NCBI GenBank assembly: GCA_964426485.1
Contig: CAYRQX010000015.1
Span: forward strand, 7,899 to 71,898
Direction of reading: 5' to 3'
Length of the DNA: 64,000 nucleotides
Source: an uncultured Sphingopyxis sp.
GTDB taxonomy: Bacteria > Pseudomonadota > Alphaproteobacteria > Sphingomonadales > Sphingomonadaceae
The notes below the pieces were generated by a model. That model saw only the letters and a program-made list of their open reading frames with translations, was not told where the DNA came from and made no database searches. Below are positions 46,972 through 57,780 of the stretch, one piece after another. Made by a program: the position numbers and the translations under genes. Positions within the stretch are counted from its first letter, which is position 1; the number at the start of each line of letters is the position of its first letter.

Positions 46972-48680
46972 TGCGCACCACCACCATGCGTCATATGTCG
47001 ACGCTGGCGGCCCTGCTGCTCGCCGGGACGGCGACGGGCGCGCACGCCCAATTTTCGGGCGATCCCGGGGCGGGCAGCGGCAACGCGCCGTCTGCCGGCA
47101 CGCCGGCATCGGAGGGTCGCGCGGCAAAGCGCGCCGAAGGTCGCCGCACGCAGCGCCAGGTCGACGTCAGCCCCTATCTCGAAATCGATCAGGTGCTGAC
47201 CGCCGACCTCAAAAATGGCGGCGACGTCCTCACCTATACGAACCTTGCGGTCGGCGTTGATGCCGCAATCGTGACGAACCGCGCCGAACTCGCGGGGACC
47301 GTGCGCTATGAACATCGCATCGGATGGAATGGCGGTCTGGGCGATTCCGACACGATCAGCGGCCTCGCCCGCGGCCGGATCGAGGCCGCACGCGGCCTGA
47401 ATCTCGAAGGCGGCGCGCTCGCGACGCGCACGCGCGCGGACGGGCAGGGCGCGGCCAGCGGCCTGTTCATCGGCGATGCCAGCAATGTCGCGAACCTCTA
47501 TTCGGTATACGCCGGACCGACCTTCGCGCGCCGCATCGGCGGGCTCGACGTCGGGGCCGGCTACCGCTTCGGCTATACCAAGGTCGATATCGACGAACCC
47601 GCGATCCTGTCGCCGGGAACGCAGCCGCAGGATATTTTCGACAGCTCGACGAACCATGTCGCCTGGGCCAGCGTCGGGGCGCGGCCGGGCGACCTGCCGT
47701 TCGGATGGCAGGTATCGGGCGGGTATGAGCGCGAGGATGCCAGCCAACTCGACCAGCGCTACGAAGGGAAATTTGCCCGCGCCGATGTGACGGTGCCGAT
47801 CGGCCCGACCGTCGCGCTGCTCGGCGGCGTCGGCTATGAGGATATCGAAATCGGCCAGCGCAACCCGGTCGTCGACGCCAATGGCGTGCCGGTACGCGAC
47901 GCGAACGGCCGCTTCATCACCGACAAATCGACCCCGCGCCAGCTGTCGTTCGACACCGACGGGCTGATCTGGGACGCCGGCGTGATGTGGCAGCCCAGCC
48001 GCCGCACCTCGCTGACCGCCCGCGTCGGACGCCGTTATGGCGACACCATCTACACCGGCAGCTTTTCCTATCGCGCCGATCATGCGACATCGATCCAGGT
48101 CGGCGTCTACGACGGGCTCTCCAGCCTCGGTCGCGGGCTGTCGGGCGGGCTGGCGGCGTTGCCGACGCAGTTCGATCCGACGCGCAATCCGATCAGCGGT
48201 GACGTCAATCCGTGCGTCTTCGGGCAGCAGGGCGGCGGCTGTCTCAGCAATCAGCTCGGCAATGCGACCTCGGCGCAATATCGCAGCCGCGGCGTGCAGG
48301 CGTCGCTGTCGTCGCGCTTCGGGGGCTGGCATTATGGCGTCGGCATCGGTTACGACCGCCGCAAATTGCTCGCGCCCTTATTGTCACCGATTGGCAGTCT
48401 CAACGGGATCACGGACGAGAATTATTATCTCTTCATGTCGGCGGCACGCCAGCTCGACGTCGATTCCGACATCACCCTGTCGGGCTATGTCAATCATTTC
48501 GACAATGGCGCACCGGGCGCGAGCGACGTTCAGTCGGCGGGCCTGACAACATCCTATTCGCGGCGCTTCTGGCGCGGCCTCACGGGGACCGCGGCGGCCA
48601 GCCTCAATGCCTTCGACCAAGAAGGCTTCAACAGTCAGCTTATCGGTTCAGCTTTGGTGGGACTTCGTTACAACTTCTGA
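46968..48680 (+). CDS. PEP-CTERM system-associated outer-membrane beta-barrel protein (TIGR03016-like)
   Basis: Signal peptide, amphipathic beta-strands, C-terminal LRYNF; position in the locus. Confidence 0.7.
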   Translation: MMRTTTMRHMSTLAALLLAGTATGAHAQFSGDPGAGSGNAPSAGTPASEGRAAKRAEGRRTQRQVDVSPYLEIDQVLTADLKNGGDVLTYTNLAVGVDAAIVTNRAELAGTVRYEHRIGWNGGLGDSDTISGLARGRIEAARGLNLEGGALATRTRADGQGAASGLFIGDASNVANLYSVYAGPTFARRIGGLDVGAGYRFGYTKVDIDEPAILSPGTQPQDIFDSSTNHVAWASVGARPGDLPFGWQVSGGYEREDASQLDQRYEGKFARADVTVPIGPTVALLGGVGYEDIEIGQRNPVVDANGVPVRDANGRFITDKSTPRQLSFDTDGLIWDAGVMWQPSRRTSLTARVGRRYGDTIYTGSFSYRADHATSIQVGVYDGLSSLGRGLSGGLAALPTQFDPTRNPISGDVNPCVFGQQGGGCLSNQLGNATSAQYRSRGVQASLSSRFGGWHYGVGIGYDRRKLLAPLLSPIGSLNGITDENYYLFMSAARQLDVDSDITLSGYVNHFDNGAPGASDVQSAGLTTSYSRRFWRGLTGTAAASLNAFDQEGFNSQLIGSALVGLRYNF

Positions 48681-48701
48681 CCAGGCAACGGGATTTTTGC
48701 G

Positions 48702-49958
48702 ATGTACGATCAATTCTATGGTTTCACCGGGCGTCCGTTCCAGCTGACGCCAGACCCGAATTTTTATTTCGAGAGCGGCACGCACCGGAAAGCGATGTCC
48801 TACCTTGGTTACGGCCTCGCGCAGGGTGAAGGCTTCATCGTCATCACCGGTGACGTCGGCGCGGGCAAGACGACGCTCGTCGGCCACCTGATGAACACGA
48901 TCGACCCCAACCGCCTGACCGCGGTCAAGCTGGTGTCGACGCAGGTCGAGGGCGACGATCTTCTCCGCCTCGTCGCCGAACAATTCGGCATCGAATGGGA
49001 AGGGCAGAGCAAGGCCGAACTGCTGCGTTCGATGGAGGAATATCTGCGCGAACAGGCGCGCGCCGGTCGCCGCACCTTGTTGATCGTCGACGAGGGGCAG
49101 AATCTCGCCATCTCGGCGCTCGAAGAGCTGCGCATGCTCTCGAACTTCCAGCTGGGCGGCCATTCGCTGCTCCAGATTTTCCTGCTCGGCCAGCCCGAAT
49201 TCCGCCAGACTTTGTTCCATTCGCCGACGCTCGAACAGCTGCGCCAGCGCGTGATTGCGACGCATCACCTCGACCCGATGGAGCCCGAGGAGGTCGAACC
49301 CTATATCCTCCACCGTCTCGGCAAGGTCGGCTGGACCGGCAACCCCAGCTTCAGCCCCGACGCGTTCGAGGAAATCTTCGATTACAGCGAAGGCGTGCCG
49401 CGCAAATTGAACGTGCTCGTCAGCCGCCTGCTGCTATATGGTGCGGTTGAACAGATGCACCGTATCACGGCGCAGAATGTGCGCTCGGTGGTTGCGGAGA
49501 TCGAGGCCGACCGTGGCATCGATGCGTCGACGCTCGCACCGCTGCCCGTCGACGAGATCGTGGCGGCGGCGGCTACCGCCGCGGCGCCGACACCCGCACC
49601 CTTCGCCGCGCCGCAAGCTGCAAATGAAACGGGGCTCGAATGGCCGGCGCGCGCCGCGACGCCGGTTGCCGACGGCCCGGCGCCCTTCGCCGCGCCCGCC
49701 GAACCGGCGCCTGCCCCAACCGCGCCCCCCCAAACCGAGCCCGTCGTCACGTTGACGCCGCCGGATGCGGCTCCGGCCGCGCCTGCGGTCGATCCCGAAC
49801 ATCTCGCCGCGCTCGAAAAGCAGATCGCGTCGCTCGAGGAACGCCTAGTCGAACAGGACGCCGCGCTCCGCCGCGTGCTCGACCTCTTGATCGAATGGGT
49901 CGAGCGCGATCCGGACAATGCTCCCAACCCGGCAAATTCGCGTACCTGGGCCGCCTGA
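48702..49958 (+). CDS. XrtA/PEP-CTERM system-associated ExeA-like ATPase
   Basis: FYGFTGRPFQLTPDP, GDVGAGKTT, IVDEGQNL, LGQPEF, GVPRKLN. Confidence 0.9.
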   Translation: MYDQFYGFTGRPFQLTPDPNFYFESGTHRKAMSYLGYGLAQGEGFIVITGDVGAGKTTLVGHLMNTIDPNRLTAVKLVSTQVEGDDLLRLVAEQFGIEWEGQSKAELLRSMEEYLREQARAGRRTLLIVDEGQNLAISALEELRMLSNFQLGGHSLLQIFLLGQPEFRQTLFHSPTLEQLRQRVIATHHLDPMEPEEVEPYILHRLGKVGWTGNPSFSPDAFEEIFDYSEGVPRKLNVLVSRLLLYGAVEQMHRITAQNVRSVVAEIEADRGIDASTLAPLPVDEIVAAAATAAAPTPAPFAAPQAANETGLEWPARAATPVADGPAPFAAPAEPAPAPTAPPQTEPVVTLTPPDAAPAAPAVDPEHLAALEKQIASLEERLVEQDAALRRVLDLLIEWVERDPDNAPNPANSRTWAA

Positions 49959-50003
49959 CAGCGCGGCCAAAATCGGCTAGCCTGCTGATGAAGGTGAAGA
50001 AGA

Positions 50004-50864
50004 ATGCAGAACGGCCTTTCGGTCGATGTCGAGGACTGGTTCCAGGTCGGCGCTTTTGAGCGCACGATCGACCGCAACGACTGGCCGACGCTCGAATGCC
50101 GGGTCGAGGCGAATTGCGACGCGGTGCTCCAGATTTTCGCCGATGCGGGCGCCAAGGGCACCTTCTTCACGCTGGGCTGGGTCGCCGAACGCTATCCCGC
50201 GCTGATCAGCCGCATCGTCGCGGCGGGGCACGAACTGGCCAGCCATGGCTACGACCACAAGCGCGTCTTCAACATGACCGCCGACGAATTTGCGGCGGAT
50301 CTCAAGAAGACGCAGGCGATCCTTGAGGATTTGGGCGGCGCCCAAATCCGCGGCTATCGCGCGCCGAGCTTCTCGGTCGATACGCGCACGCCGTGGGCGC
50401 ATGCGGTGCTCGCCGAACAGGGCTATGCTTATTCGAGCAGCGTCGCGCCCGTCGTCCACGATCATTATGGCTGGCCGCAAAGCCCGCGCCATGCCTGGCG
50501 CCCGCTTCCCGACAGCGACTTCGTCGAATGGCCGGTCACCACCGCGCGCTTTGCCGGACGGACATTGGCGGCGGGCGGGGGCGGCTTCATGCGGATGCTG
50601 CCCTATCGCTTCACGCGCTGGGCGATCGCGCGGATGAACGAAGAGGGGCACCCGGCGATCCTCTATTTCCATCCGTGGGAAATCGACCCCGGTCAGCCGC
50701 GCGTCGCCGATGCGCCGATCCGGTCAAAGATCCGCCATTATAATGGCTTGTCGGCGATGGCCGGCAAACTGAAGAAATTGCTCGCCGATTTCGAATGGAC
50801 GCGCGCCGACGCCTTGCTCCCCGCGCAGCAGCAGCGGGCTTTGCCGTGGCGCGCGGCGGCGTGA
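50004..50864 (+). CDS. XrtA system polysaccharide deacetylase
   Basis: SVDVEDWFQV, TFFTLGW, HELASHGYDH, GYRAPSFS, YFHPWEID. Confidence 0.92.
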   Translation: MQNGLSVDVEDWFQVGAFERTIDRNDWPTLECRVEANCDAVLQIFADAGAKGTFFTLGWVAERYPALISRIVAAGHELASHGYDHKRVFNMTADEFAADLKKTQAILEDLGGAQIRGYRAPSFSVDTRTPWAHAVLAEQGYAYSSSVAPVVHDHYGWPQSPRHAWRPLPDSDFVEWPVTTARFAGRTLAAGGGGFMRMLPYRFTRWAIARMNEEGHPAILYFHPWEIDPGQPRVADAPIRSKIRHYNGLSAMAGKLKKLLADFEWTRADALLPAQQQRALPWRAAA

Positions 50865-51919
50865 ACGCCCCCGTGCCGATCGACCAGAGCTTCACCGCCG
50901 CTCCGCTTTCCGATGCGGCTGCGTGGGACGCCTATGTCGCGGCGCACGCGCAAGCGACGCCCTTCCACACCCGCGCGTGGTGCGAAGCGATCAGCAGGGC
51001 CACCGGCCACCGCTGCCACCTCGTCACCGTGCGCGACGCCAGCGGCGCGCTGACTGGAATCCTGCCGCTCCATCATGTCCGCTCGCCCCTGTTCGGTCAG
51101 GCGCTGGTCGGCAGCGGCTTTGCGGTGGGCGGCGGCATCCTCGCCGACAATCCGGCTGCGGCGGCGACGCTTGCACAAGGCGCGGCTGACATGGCGCGAT
51201 CGCTCGGCGTCCCGTCGGTCGAACTGCGCGGCGGACCGCAGCCCGCAGGCTGGCATGCCGAGGAAGGCACCTACGCCGGCTTCGCCCGCGACCTTGCCGC
51301 CGACGACGCCGCCGAACTCCTCGCCATCCCGCGCAAGCAGCGCGCCGAGGTCCGCAAGGCGCTCGAAAGCGGCCTCACGGTCATCACCGGCCGCTCCGAA
51401 CAGGATCAACGCGACCACTACCGCATCTACGCGACGAGCGTGCGCAACCTGGGTACGCCGGTCTTTCCCAAAAAGCTGTTCGATGCGGTGCTCGATGCCT
51501 TTGGCGACGATGCCGACATTTTGACGGTGCGCGAATCTGGTCGGCCGATCGCCAGCGTGCTCAGCCTTTATTGGCGGGGCACGGTGATGCCTTATTGGGG
51601 CGGCGGCACCGCCGACGCCCGCCGCCTCCGCGCGAACGAACTCATGTATTTCGCGCTGATGCGCCATGCGCGAACCAAGGCGTGTACCCGCTTCGATTTC
51701 GGCCGCTCAAAGCTGGGCACGGGCCCCTTTGCCTACAAGAAGAATTGGGGTTTCGAGCCGCAGCCACTCGTCTACGCCCGCTGGCTTGCGCCCGGTGAGA
51801 CGCCGCGCGACACCAATCCGAACAGCGCCAAATATCGGCTGCAGGTCGACCTGTGGAAGAAACTGCCGCTGTGGGCGGCGAACCGCATCGGCCCCGTTAT
51901 CGCCCGCGGGCTTGGATAG
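50861..51919 (+). CDS. FemAB-family XrtA/PEP-CTERM system-associated protein
   Basis: RKQRAEVRK, RNLGTPVF, FDFGRSK, YKKNWGF, NPNSAKY, WKKLP. Confidence 0.9.
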   Translation: MNAPVPIDQSFTAAPLSDAAAWDAYVAAHAQATPFHTRAWCEAISRATGHRCHLVTVRDASGALTGILPLHHVRSPLFGQALVGSGFAVGGGILADNPAAAATLAQGAADMARSLGVPSVELRGGPQPAGWHAEEGTYAGFARDLAADDAAELLAIPRKQRAEVRKALESGLTVITGRSEQDQRDHYRIYATSVRNLGTPVFPKKLFDAVLDAFGDDADILTVRESGRPIASVLSLYWRGTVMPYWGGGTADARRLRANELMYFALMRHARTKACTRFDFGRSKLGTGPFAYKKNWGFEPQPLVYARWLAPGETPRDTNPNSAKYRLQVDLWKKLPLWAANRIGPVIARGLG

Positions 51920-51931
51920 GCTCTGGGGCTA

Positions 51932-53137
51932 ATGCCGGAAATCCTGTTCCTCGTTCACCGCGCGCCCTGGCCCCCCGACCGCGGCGACCGGATCCGCAGC
52001 TGGCACCTGTTCGAGGCGTTGGCAAAGCTCGCGCCGGTGCACGTCGCCGCGCTCGCCGACAATGCGGCAGAGGCCGAAATTGCGCGCTCGAAAATGGCCG
52101 GGCTTTGCAAGAGCTTGACGATCGAAGTACGGCGCGCGTCGCGACCGCTCGCTCTTGCGCAGGCCGTGCTGCATGGCGAGCCTGTTTCGAACCGCCTGTT
52201 CCGCAACGCGACGCTGGCGCGAAATGTCGATACGCTGATCGGCCAAGGCGACGTGAGCCATATCGTCGTTTTCTCGGGTCAGATGGCACAATATATACCG
52301 CCTGATTTCAATGGCCCGGTGTTGATGGATTTCGTCGACGTCGATTCCGCCAAATTCGCGACCTACGCGGAACAGGACAAACGCCAGCCATTGCACTGGG
52401 TGCACCAACGCGAAGCGCGCGTGCTGGGTGCCTATGAGGCAGACGTTGCCCGCCGTGTCGATGTCAGCCTGTTCGTCAGCGAGGCCGAGGCCGCATTGTT
52501 TCGCGAGCAGAGCAAAATCGGCGCCGACAAGGTACGAGCCGTCGAAAATGGCATCGACACGGACAGGTTCGATCCGGCGATTCCGCTCGACGCAGTCGGT
52601 GCAGGGGAGGGACCGCTCGCGGTCTTCACTGGCCAGATGGACTACCGCCCGAATATCGATGCGGTGCGCTGGTATGCAAATGACGTCCTGCCGCTGATTC
52701 GTCAGCGTCATCCGCAAGCCCGTTTTGCAATCGTCGGCCGCGCGCCGACCGATGACGTTTGCGCGCTCGCGGCGCTGCCGGGTGTGACGGTGACCGGCGA
52801 AGTTCCCGACGTGCGGCCATGGCTCGCCGCGGCCGATGTCGTTGTCGCGCCGCTGCTCCTCGCCCGCGGCGTCCAGAACAAGTTGCTTGAGGCGATGGCG
52901 ATGGCGCGGCCGGTGGTTGCGAGCGCCGCAGCGGCGACGGGAATCGACGCAGCACCGGGAGAACATCTCCTCGTCGTCGACGGCGCCACCGCAACGGCCG
53001 AAGCCGTCGACTCGCTCTTCAACGACCGGGCCGCCGCGGCCAGGATGGGACAGGCAGCGCGGGCGCGGATGATCGCGCGCTATGGCTGGGAGGCCCGGCT
53101 GGCGCCGCTGGGCGACCTGCTGGGATTGTCCGCGTGA
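51932..53137 (+). CDS. GT4-type sugar transferase, PEP-CTERM/EpsH1 system-associated
   Basis: HRAPWPPDRGDRIRSW, DFVDVDSAK, FTGQMDYRPN, ARGVQNKLLEAMAM. Confidence 0.9.
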   Translation: MPEILFLVHRAPWPPDRGDRIRSWHLFEALAKLAPVHVAALADNAAEAEIARSKMAGLCKSLTIEVRRASRPLALAQAVLHGEPVSNRLFRNATLARNVDTLIGQGDVSHIVVFSGQMAQYIPPDFNGPVLMDFVDVDSAKFATYAEQDKRQPLHWVHQREARVLGAYEADVARRVDVSLFVSEAEAALFREQSKIGADKVRAVENGIDTDRFDPAIPLDAVGAGEGPLAVFTGQMDYRPNIDAVRWYANDVLPLIRQRHPQARFAIVGRAPTDDVCALAALPGVTVTGEVPDVRPWLAAADVVVAPLLLARGVQNKLLEAMAMARPVVASAAAATGIDAAPGEHLLVVDGATATAEAVDSLFNDRAAAARMGQAARARMIARYGWEARLAPLGDLLGLSA

Positions 53138-54612
53138 CGCTGTGGCAGCGCCATCTACTCGCGCTCGCGCTCCTGTCGGCCGCGATCTTCGCGATCTTCT
53201 GGCGCGAAGCCGCCGATGTAGCCGGTATCTGGTGGAACAGCTCGACCTTCACCCATTGCCTGCTGATCGTGCCGATGATCGGGTGGTTGGTGTCGCAGCG
53301 CGTCGCGCTCCTGCGCCCGCTGACGCCCGTCTATTGGTGGCCGGCGCTCATATGGATGGCGGGCGCGGGACTGGTGTGGCTGGTGGGTGAAGCCGCTGGC
53401 GTCGGCCTATTCCGCCAGCTCGGGCTGGTGCTGATGCTGCAGGGCGCGGTCGCGGTGACGCTCGGCGAAAAGCTCGTGCGCGCGTTGCTGTTCCCGCTCG
53501 GCTATGCGCTGCTGCTCGTGCCGTTCGGTGAAGAATTGGTGCCGCTGCTCCAGACGCTCACCGCGCATATCAGCATGATCCTGCTCCATCTGTCGGGCAT
53601 CCGGGCCGAGATGGAGGGCGTGTTCATCACCACCTCCGCCGGCTTTTTCGAAGTTGCCGAGGCCTGTTCGGGGGTCAATTTCCTGATCGCGATGCTCGCC
53701 TATGCGGTGTTCGCGGCGCATCTGTGTTTCACGAGCTGGACGCGGCGGATCGTCTTTGTCGCCGCGGCGCTTGCGACGACAATCCTCGCCAACGCGCTGC
53801 GCGCTTACGGCACGATGGTTGCCGCTGAAATCTGGGGGATCGAGGCGGCGGGCGGGATCGACCATATCTTCTACGGCTGGTTCTTCTTCGGCGCCGTGAT
53901 CCTGCTCGTCATGCTCGTCGCGCGTCGCTGGTTCGATCGGCCAGCAAACGACACCGCGGTCGATGTGAGCGGGCTGGGCGGGGTGCCGCGCTTTGCCGGG
54001 CCAGCGAAAGCCGTGCTGCCTGCGGCGCTTGCGGTTCCGTTACTCTTCCTCGGCTGGGGGTATCTGGCGGGGGCGCGCAGCGCCGCCTTGCCGCCTACGC
54101 TCGCGATCGGCGCGGCACCGGGATGGATCGAGGCGCGCGCTGAGGGAATGACGTGGCTCCCGCGCTTCGACGGAGCCGATCGACGGCAGCTGCGTCATTT
54201 TGCCAGCGACAAGGGGCAGGTCGTGACCGTCGCGATCGGCGGCTATTCACGTCAGGCCGAAGGCCGCGAGGTCGTGGCCTTCGGGCAAGGCGCGGTCGAC
54301 CCTGACAGCAAATGGGCGTGGAGCGCCTCGTTGCCGGCGGTCGAAGGAGCAAAGACCGAACGCCTGCTGCATCCCGGCCCGGTGCTGCGCGACGCGGCGA
54401 CCTGGTACGTCGTTGACGGCAAGGTGACCGGCAGCGCGCGCGCGGCAAAGCTTGCGGGTCTAAAGGCGCGGCTGTTCGGCGGCGATCCGCGCGCGCTGTC
54501 GCTCATCATATCGAGCGAAGAACGCCGGGGCGGGCGCGATGCGATAGAGGATTTCGTTTCCGCGTCGGGCGGAGTCAATGCGATGGCTGACCGCGCGCTG
54601 AAAACAAGCTAG
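53134..54612 (+). CDS. xrtA: Exosortase A fused to EpsI-like domain
   Basis: Catalytic residues in VAEACSG (Cys), NALRAY (Arg), DHIFYGW (His); multiple TM helices; periplasmic C-terminal EpsI-like domain. Confidence 0.92.
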   Translation: MTLWQRHLLALALLSAAIFAIFWREAADVAGIWWNSSTFTHCLLIVPMIGWLVSQRVALLRPLTPVYWWPALIWMAGAGLVWLVGEAAGVGLFRQLGLVLMLQGAVAVTLGEKLVRALLFPLGYALLLVPFGEELVPLLQTLTAHISMILLHLSGIRAEMEGVFITTSAGFFEVAEACSGVNFLIAMLAYAVFAAHLCFTSWTRRIVFVAAALATTILANALRAYGTMVAAEIWGIEAAGGIDHIFYGWFFFGAVILLVMLVARRWFDRPANDTAVDVSGLGGVPRFAGPAKAVLPAALAVPLLFLGWGYLAGARSAALPPTLAIGAAPGWIEARAEGMTWLPRFDGADRRQLRHFASDKGQVVTVAIGGYSRQAEGREVVAFGQGAVDPDSKWAWSASLPAVEGAKTERLLHPGPVLRDAATWYVVDGKVTGSARAAKLAGLKARLFGGDPRALSLIISSEERRGGRDAIEDFVSASGGVNAMADRALKTS

Positions 54613-54622
54613 GCCTGCAATA

Positions 54623-56518
54623 ATGTGTGGGATCGCGGGCATCTATCATCTGGAGACGGCCAAGCCGGTCGATCCCGCACGCCTCCGCGCGATGCTCCAG
54701 CCGATGCAGCACCGCGGCCCCGACGGATCGGGCGAATGGACCGCCCCCGGCGTCGGCCTCGGCCACCTCCGCCTCTCGATCATCGACATCGCGGGCAGCC
54801 CGCAACCGATGGCGAGCGACGACGAACTTGTCACGCTCACCTATAATGGTGAAATCTATAATTTCCGCGAGTTGCGGTCCGAACTTGAGGATCGCGGTCA
54901 CCGCTTCCGTACCAACGGCGATACCGAGGTCATCATCGCCGCGTGGCGGCAATGGGGACCCGATTGCCTGTCGCGGCTCAACGGCATGTTCGCCTTTGCG
55001 ATCCACGATCATCAGCGCGGGTGCCTGTTCCTCGCCCGCGACCGGCTGGGGGTGAAGCCGCTTCACTATGTCCGCTTGTCCGACGGATCGGTCGCCTTCG
55101 CGTCAGAATTGAAAGGCCTGCTGCGCAATCCGCTGCTCCGACAAGAAGCCAATCTGACCGCGATCGAGGATTTCCTCGCTTTCGGCTATGTCCCCGACGA
55201 CAATTGCATCGTCGCGGGGGTCGAGAAGCTGCCCGCCGGCCATTATCTGATGCTCGAACGCGGCAAGCGGGTGCCAGCGCCGACGCGCTGGTGGGCGCCC
55301 GATTTTTCGAAGCGCATCCGTGCGAGCGAAGGCGAGGCGGCCGAGCATCTGGTCCGCCTGATGCGTGCCGCGGTAACCGATCGCATGGTGTCCGACGTGC
55401 CGCTCGGCGCCTTCCTCTCCGGCGGCGTCGACAGCAGCGCGGTCGTTGCATTGATGGCCGAGGCGAGCGCAAAGGCGGTCAAGACCTGTACGATCGGTTT
55501 CGATCAGGCGGCGCTCGATGAAACCACTTACGCCCAGCAGATCGCCGAGCGTTTCGCGACTGACCACCGGACGCGCACCGTGTCGTCGGGCGACTTCACG
55601 CTTGTCGACACGATCGCCGACCATTTCGACGAGCCTTTTGCCGACGCCAGTGCGCTGCCGACGTATCGGGTATGCGAGCTCGCGCGCGAAGAGGTGACGG
55701 TCGCCTTGTCGGGCGACGGCGCGGACGAGGCATTCGCCGGATACCGCCGCCTCGTTTTCCAGCATCAGGAGGAGAAGCTGCGCGGACTGATCCCCGGCTT
55801 CCTGCGCCGCGGCGTGCTCGGCCCGCTGTCGCATGTCTGGCCGCAGATGGACTGGGCGCCGCGTCCGCTCCGCGCCCGCGCGACGCTCGCCAGCCTGTCG
55901 AAAAGCGGCGCCGAGGGTTATGCCGAAGCCGTTGGCGTGACGGGGCAAGCGCAACGATCGCGTCTGTTCAACGACGCCGCGCATCATGCGCTCGGCGATC
56001 ATGTCGCAGAGACGCGATACTGGAAGGCGATGGCCGAGGCACCGGCGCGCGAGCCGCTCGACCGCGCGCAATATGCCGACCTGATGATCTGGCTTCCTGG
56101 CGACATACTGACCAAGACCGACCGGATGAGCATGGCGGTCAGCCTTGAGGCGCGCGAACCTTTGCTCGATTACCGCCTGATCGAATTTGCCGCCAGCCTG
56201 CCCGCGTCGATGCGCGTCAAGCGCGGGACGGGCAAGGCCATCATGAAGCAGGCGATGGAACGCTATCTGCCGCACGATATCCTTTATCGCCCGAAGATGG
56301 GGTTTGTGACGCCGGTATCGCATTGGTTCCGCGGCCCGCTCGTCGAGGCTGCGAAGGCGCTGGCGACCTCGTCGACGCTCGCGCGCTCGGGGTGGTTCGA
56401 CATGGCCGAAATCGAACGCATCGTCGCTGCGCACCAATCGGGCCGGCGCGATCACGGCCGATTGATCTGGCAATTCTTCATGCTGGAAAAATCGTTGGCG
56501 AAGCTGTTCGGGATCTGA
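54623..56518 (+). CDS. Asparagine-synthase-like glutamine amidotransferase, XrtA system
   Basis: MCGIAG N-terminal nucleophile, HRGPD, NGEIYNF, RDRLGVKP, FLSGGVDSS, SGDGADE, SLEAREP. Confidence 0.93.
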   Translation: MCGIAGIYHLETAKPVDPARLRAMLQPMQHRGPDGSGEWTAPGVGLGHLRLSIIDIAGSPQPMASDDELVTLTYNGEIYNFRELRSELEDRGHRFRTNGDTEVIIAAWRQWGPDCLSRLNGMFAFAIHDHQRGCLFLARDRLGVKPLHYVRLSDGSVAFASELKGLLRNPLLRQEANLTAIEDFLAFGYVPDDNCIVAGVEKLPAGHYLMLERGKRVPAPTRWWAPDFSKRIRASEGEAAEHLVRLMRAAVTDRMVSDVPLGAFLSGGVDSSAVVALMAEASAKAVKTCTIGFDQAALDETTYAQQIAERFATDHRTRTVSSGDFTLVDTIADHFDEPFADASALPTYRVCELAREEVTVALSGDGADEAFAGYRRLVFQHQEEKLRGLIPGFLRRGVLGPLSHVWPQMDWAPRPLRARATLASLSKSGAEGYAEAVGVTGQAQRSRLFNDAAHHALGDHVAETRYWKAMAEAPAREPLDRAQYADLMIWLPGDILTKTDRMSMAVSLEAREPLLDYRLIEFAASLPASMRVKRGTGKAIMKQAMERYLPHDILYRPKMGFVTPVSHWFRGPLVEAAKALATSSTLARSGWFDMAEIERIVAAHQSGRRDHGRLIWQFFMLEKSLAKLFGI

Positions 56519-56595
56519 TCTTTCCGCAGCTGAGCAGTTGAGCCCGACCTTATTTGCCACCCATCCTTAACGCTTGGCTGCTAGGCTCGCTGTCA

Positions 56596-57780
56596 ATGAC
56601 GGTCCATCCAGCCTTTCCGACAAGCGGCACCGAAGCCGCACCGCTCACCGTGCGCGTGGTCGATCCGCTGGCGCTGTCACCCGATCTTGCCGCGCAGTGG
56701 GACCGGCTGGCCGACGCGGCGAGCGAACCCAATCCGTTCGCCGAACGCTGGTGCCTGCAATCGGCGCTGCATCTGCTCGATCCCGAGCGGCATGCGCGGC
56801 TGGTGCTCGTTCGCGACGGCAGCGCCGGGCCGGTCATCGGCATCATGCCGCTCGCCGCCGCAACGCATTATGGCCGCGTGCCGCTGCGGCATGTCACGGG
56901 CTGGGCGCATCCCAATCATTTTCTCGGAAGCCCGCTCGTGCGCGCGGGTTGCGAAAGGCTGTTCTGGTCGATCCTGCTCGGCTGGTGCGACGCGGCGCCT
57001 TGGGCGCGCACGATGGTCCATCTGCCGCGGCTGGCCGAGGATGGGCCGCTGCACCGCGCGCTTGTCGATGTCGCGCGGATACGCGGAAGTGAGGCGGAGG
57101 TGGTGCACCGCGAGGAACGCGCGCTGCTCGAAAGCAATTTGTCGCCGGAGGCATATTGGGACGCCGCCGTGCGTGCGAAGAAGCGCAAGGAATTGCGGCG
57201 GCAGGCGAACCGGCTCGCCGAGCAGGGCGAAGTGCAATTTCGCCGCTGGCAATCTGGCGAGGCGATCGATCCGTGGATCGATGCCTTCCTCGACCTCGAG
57301 GCGCGCGGCTGGAAGGGGCGCGCCAAGTCGGCGCTGGCGAGCCAGAACGACACCGAGGCCTGGTTCCGCGCCATCCTCATCGCGGCGGGCGACGCGGGGC
57401 GGCTCGACATGCGCGCGCTCGATCTGGACGACCGCCCGCTTGCGATGCTCATCAACTTCCTCTGCCCGCCCGGCGGCTTTTCGTTCAAGACCGCATTCGA
57501 CGAGGAATATGCCCGCTTCTCGCCCGGCGTGTTGTTGCAGCAGGCGAATCTCGACCTGCTGGGCGATCCGCGCATCGACTGGGTCGACAGTTGCGCTGCA
57601 CCGGGTCATCCGATGATCGACAGCGTCTGGCGCGAGCGCCGCGCGCTGCTGTGGGTGAACGTCCCGCTGGCGGCGGCCGCAGACCGCCTGCGCTTTGCCA
57701 TGCTGACGAAAACCGAGCGGCTCTGGCGGCGCTGGAAGGGTGACGCCGCGCCCGAAAATGAAGTAGAAAGTCTGTCATGA
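56596..57780 (+). CDS. CelD/BcsL-like GNAT acyltransferase
   Basis: SEPNPFAERW, KKRKELRRQ, FLDLEARGWKG, FKTAFDE...SPGVLL, DSCAAPGHPM. Confidence 0.82.
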   Translation: MTVHPAFPTSGTEAAPLTVRVVDPLALSPDLAAQWDRLADAASEPNPFAERWCLQSALHLLDPERHARLVLVRDGSAGPVIGIMPLAAATHYGRVPLRHVTGWAHPNHFLGSPLVRAGCERLFWSILLGWCDAAPWARTMVHLPRLAEDGPLHRALVDVARIRGSEAEVVHREERALLESNLSPEAYWDAAVRAKKRKELRRQANRLAEQGEVQFRRWQSGEAIDPWIDAFLDLEARGWKGRAKSALASQNDTEAWFRAILIAAGDAGRLDMRALDLDDRPLAMLINFLCPPGGFSFKTAFDEEYARFSPGVLLQQANLDLLGDPRIDWVDSCAAPGHPMIDSVWRERRALLWVNVPLAAAADRLRFAMLTKTERLWRRWKGDAAPENEVESLS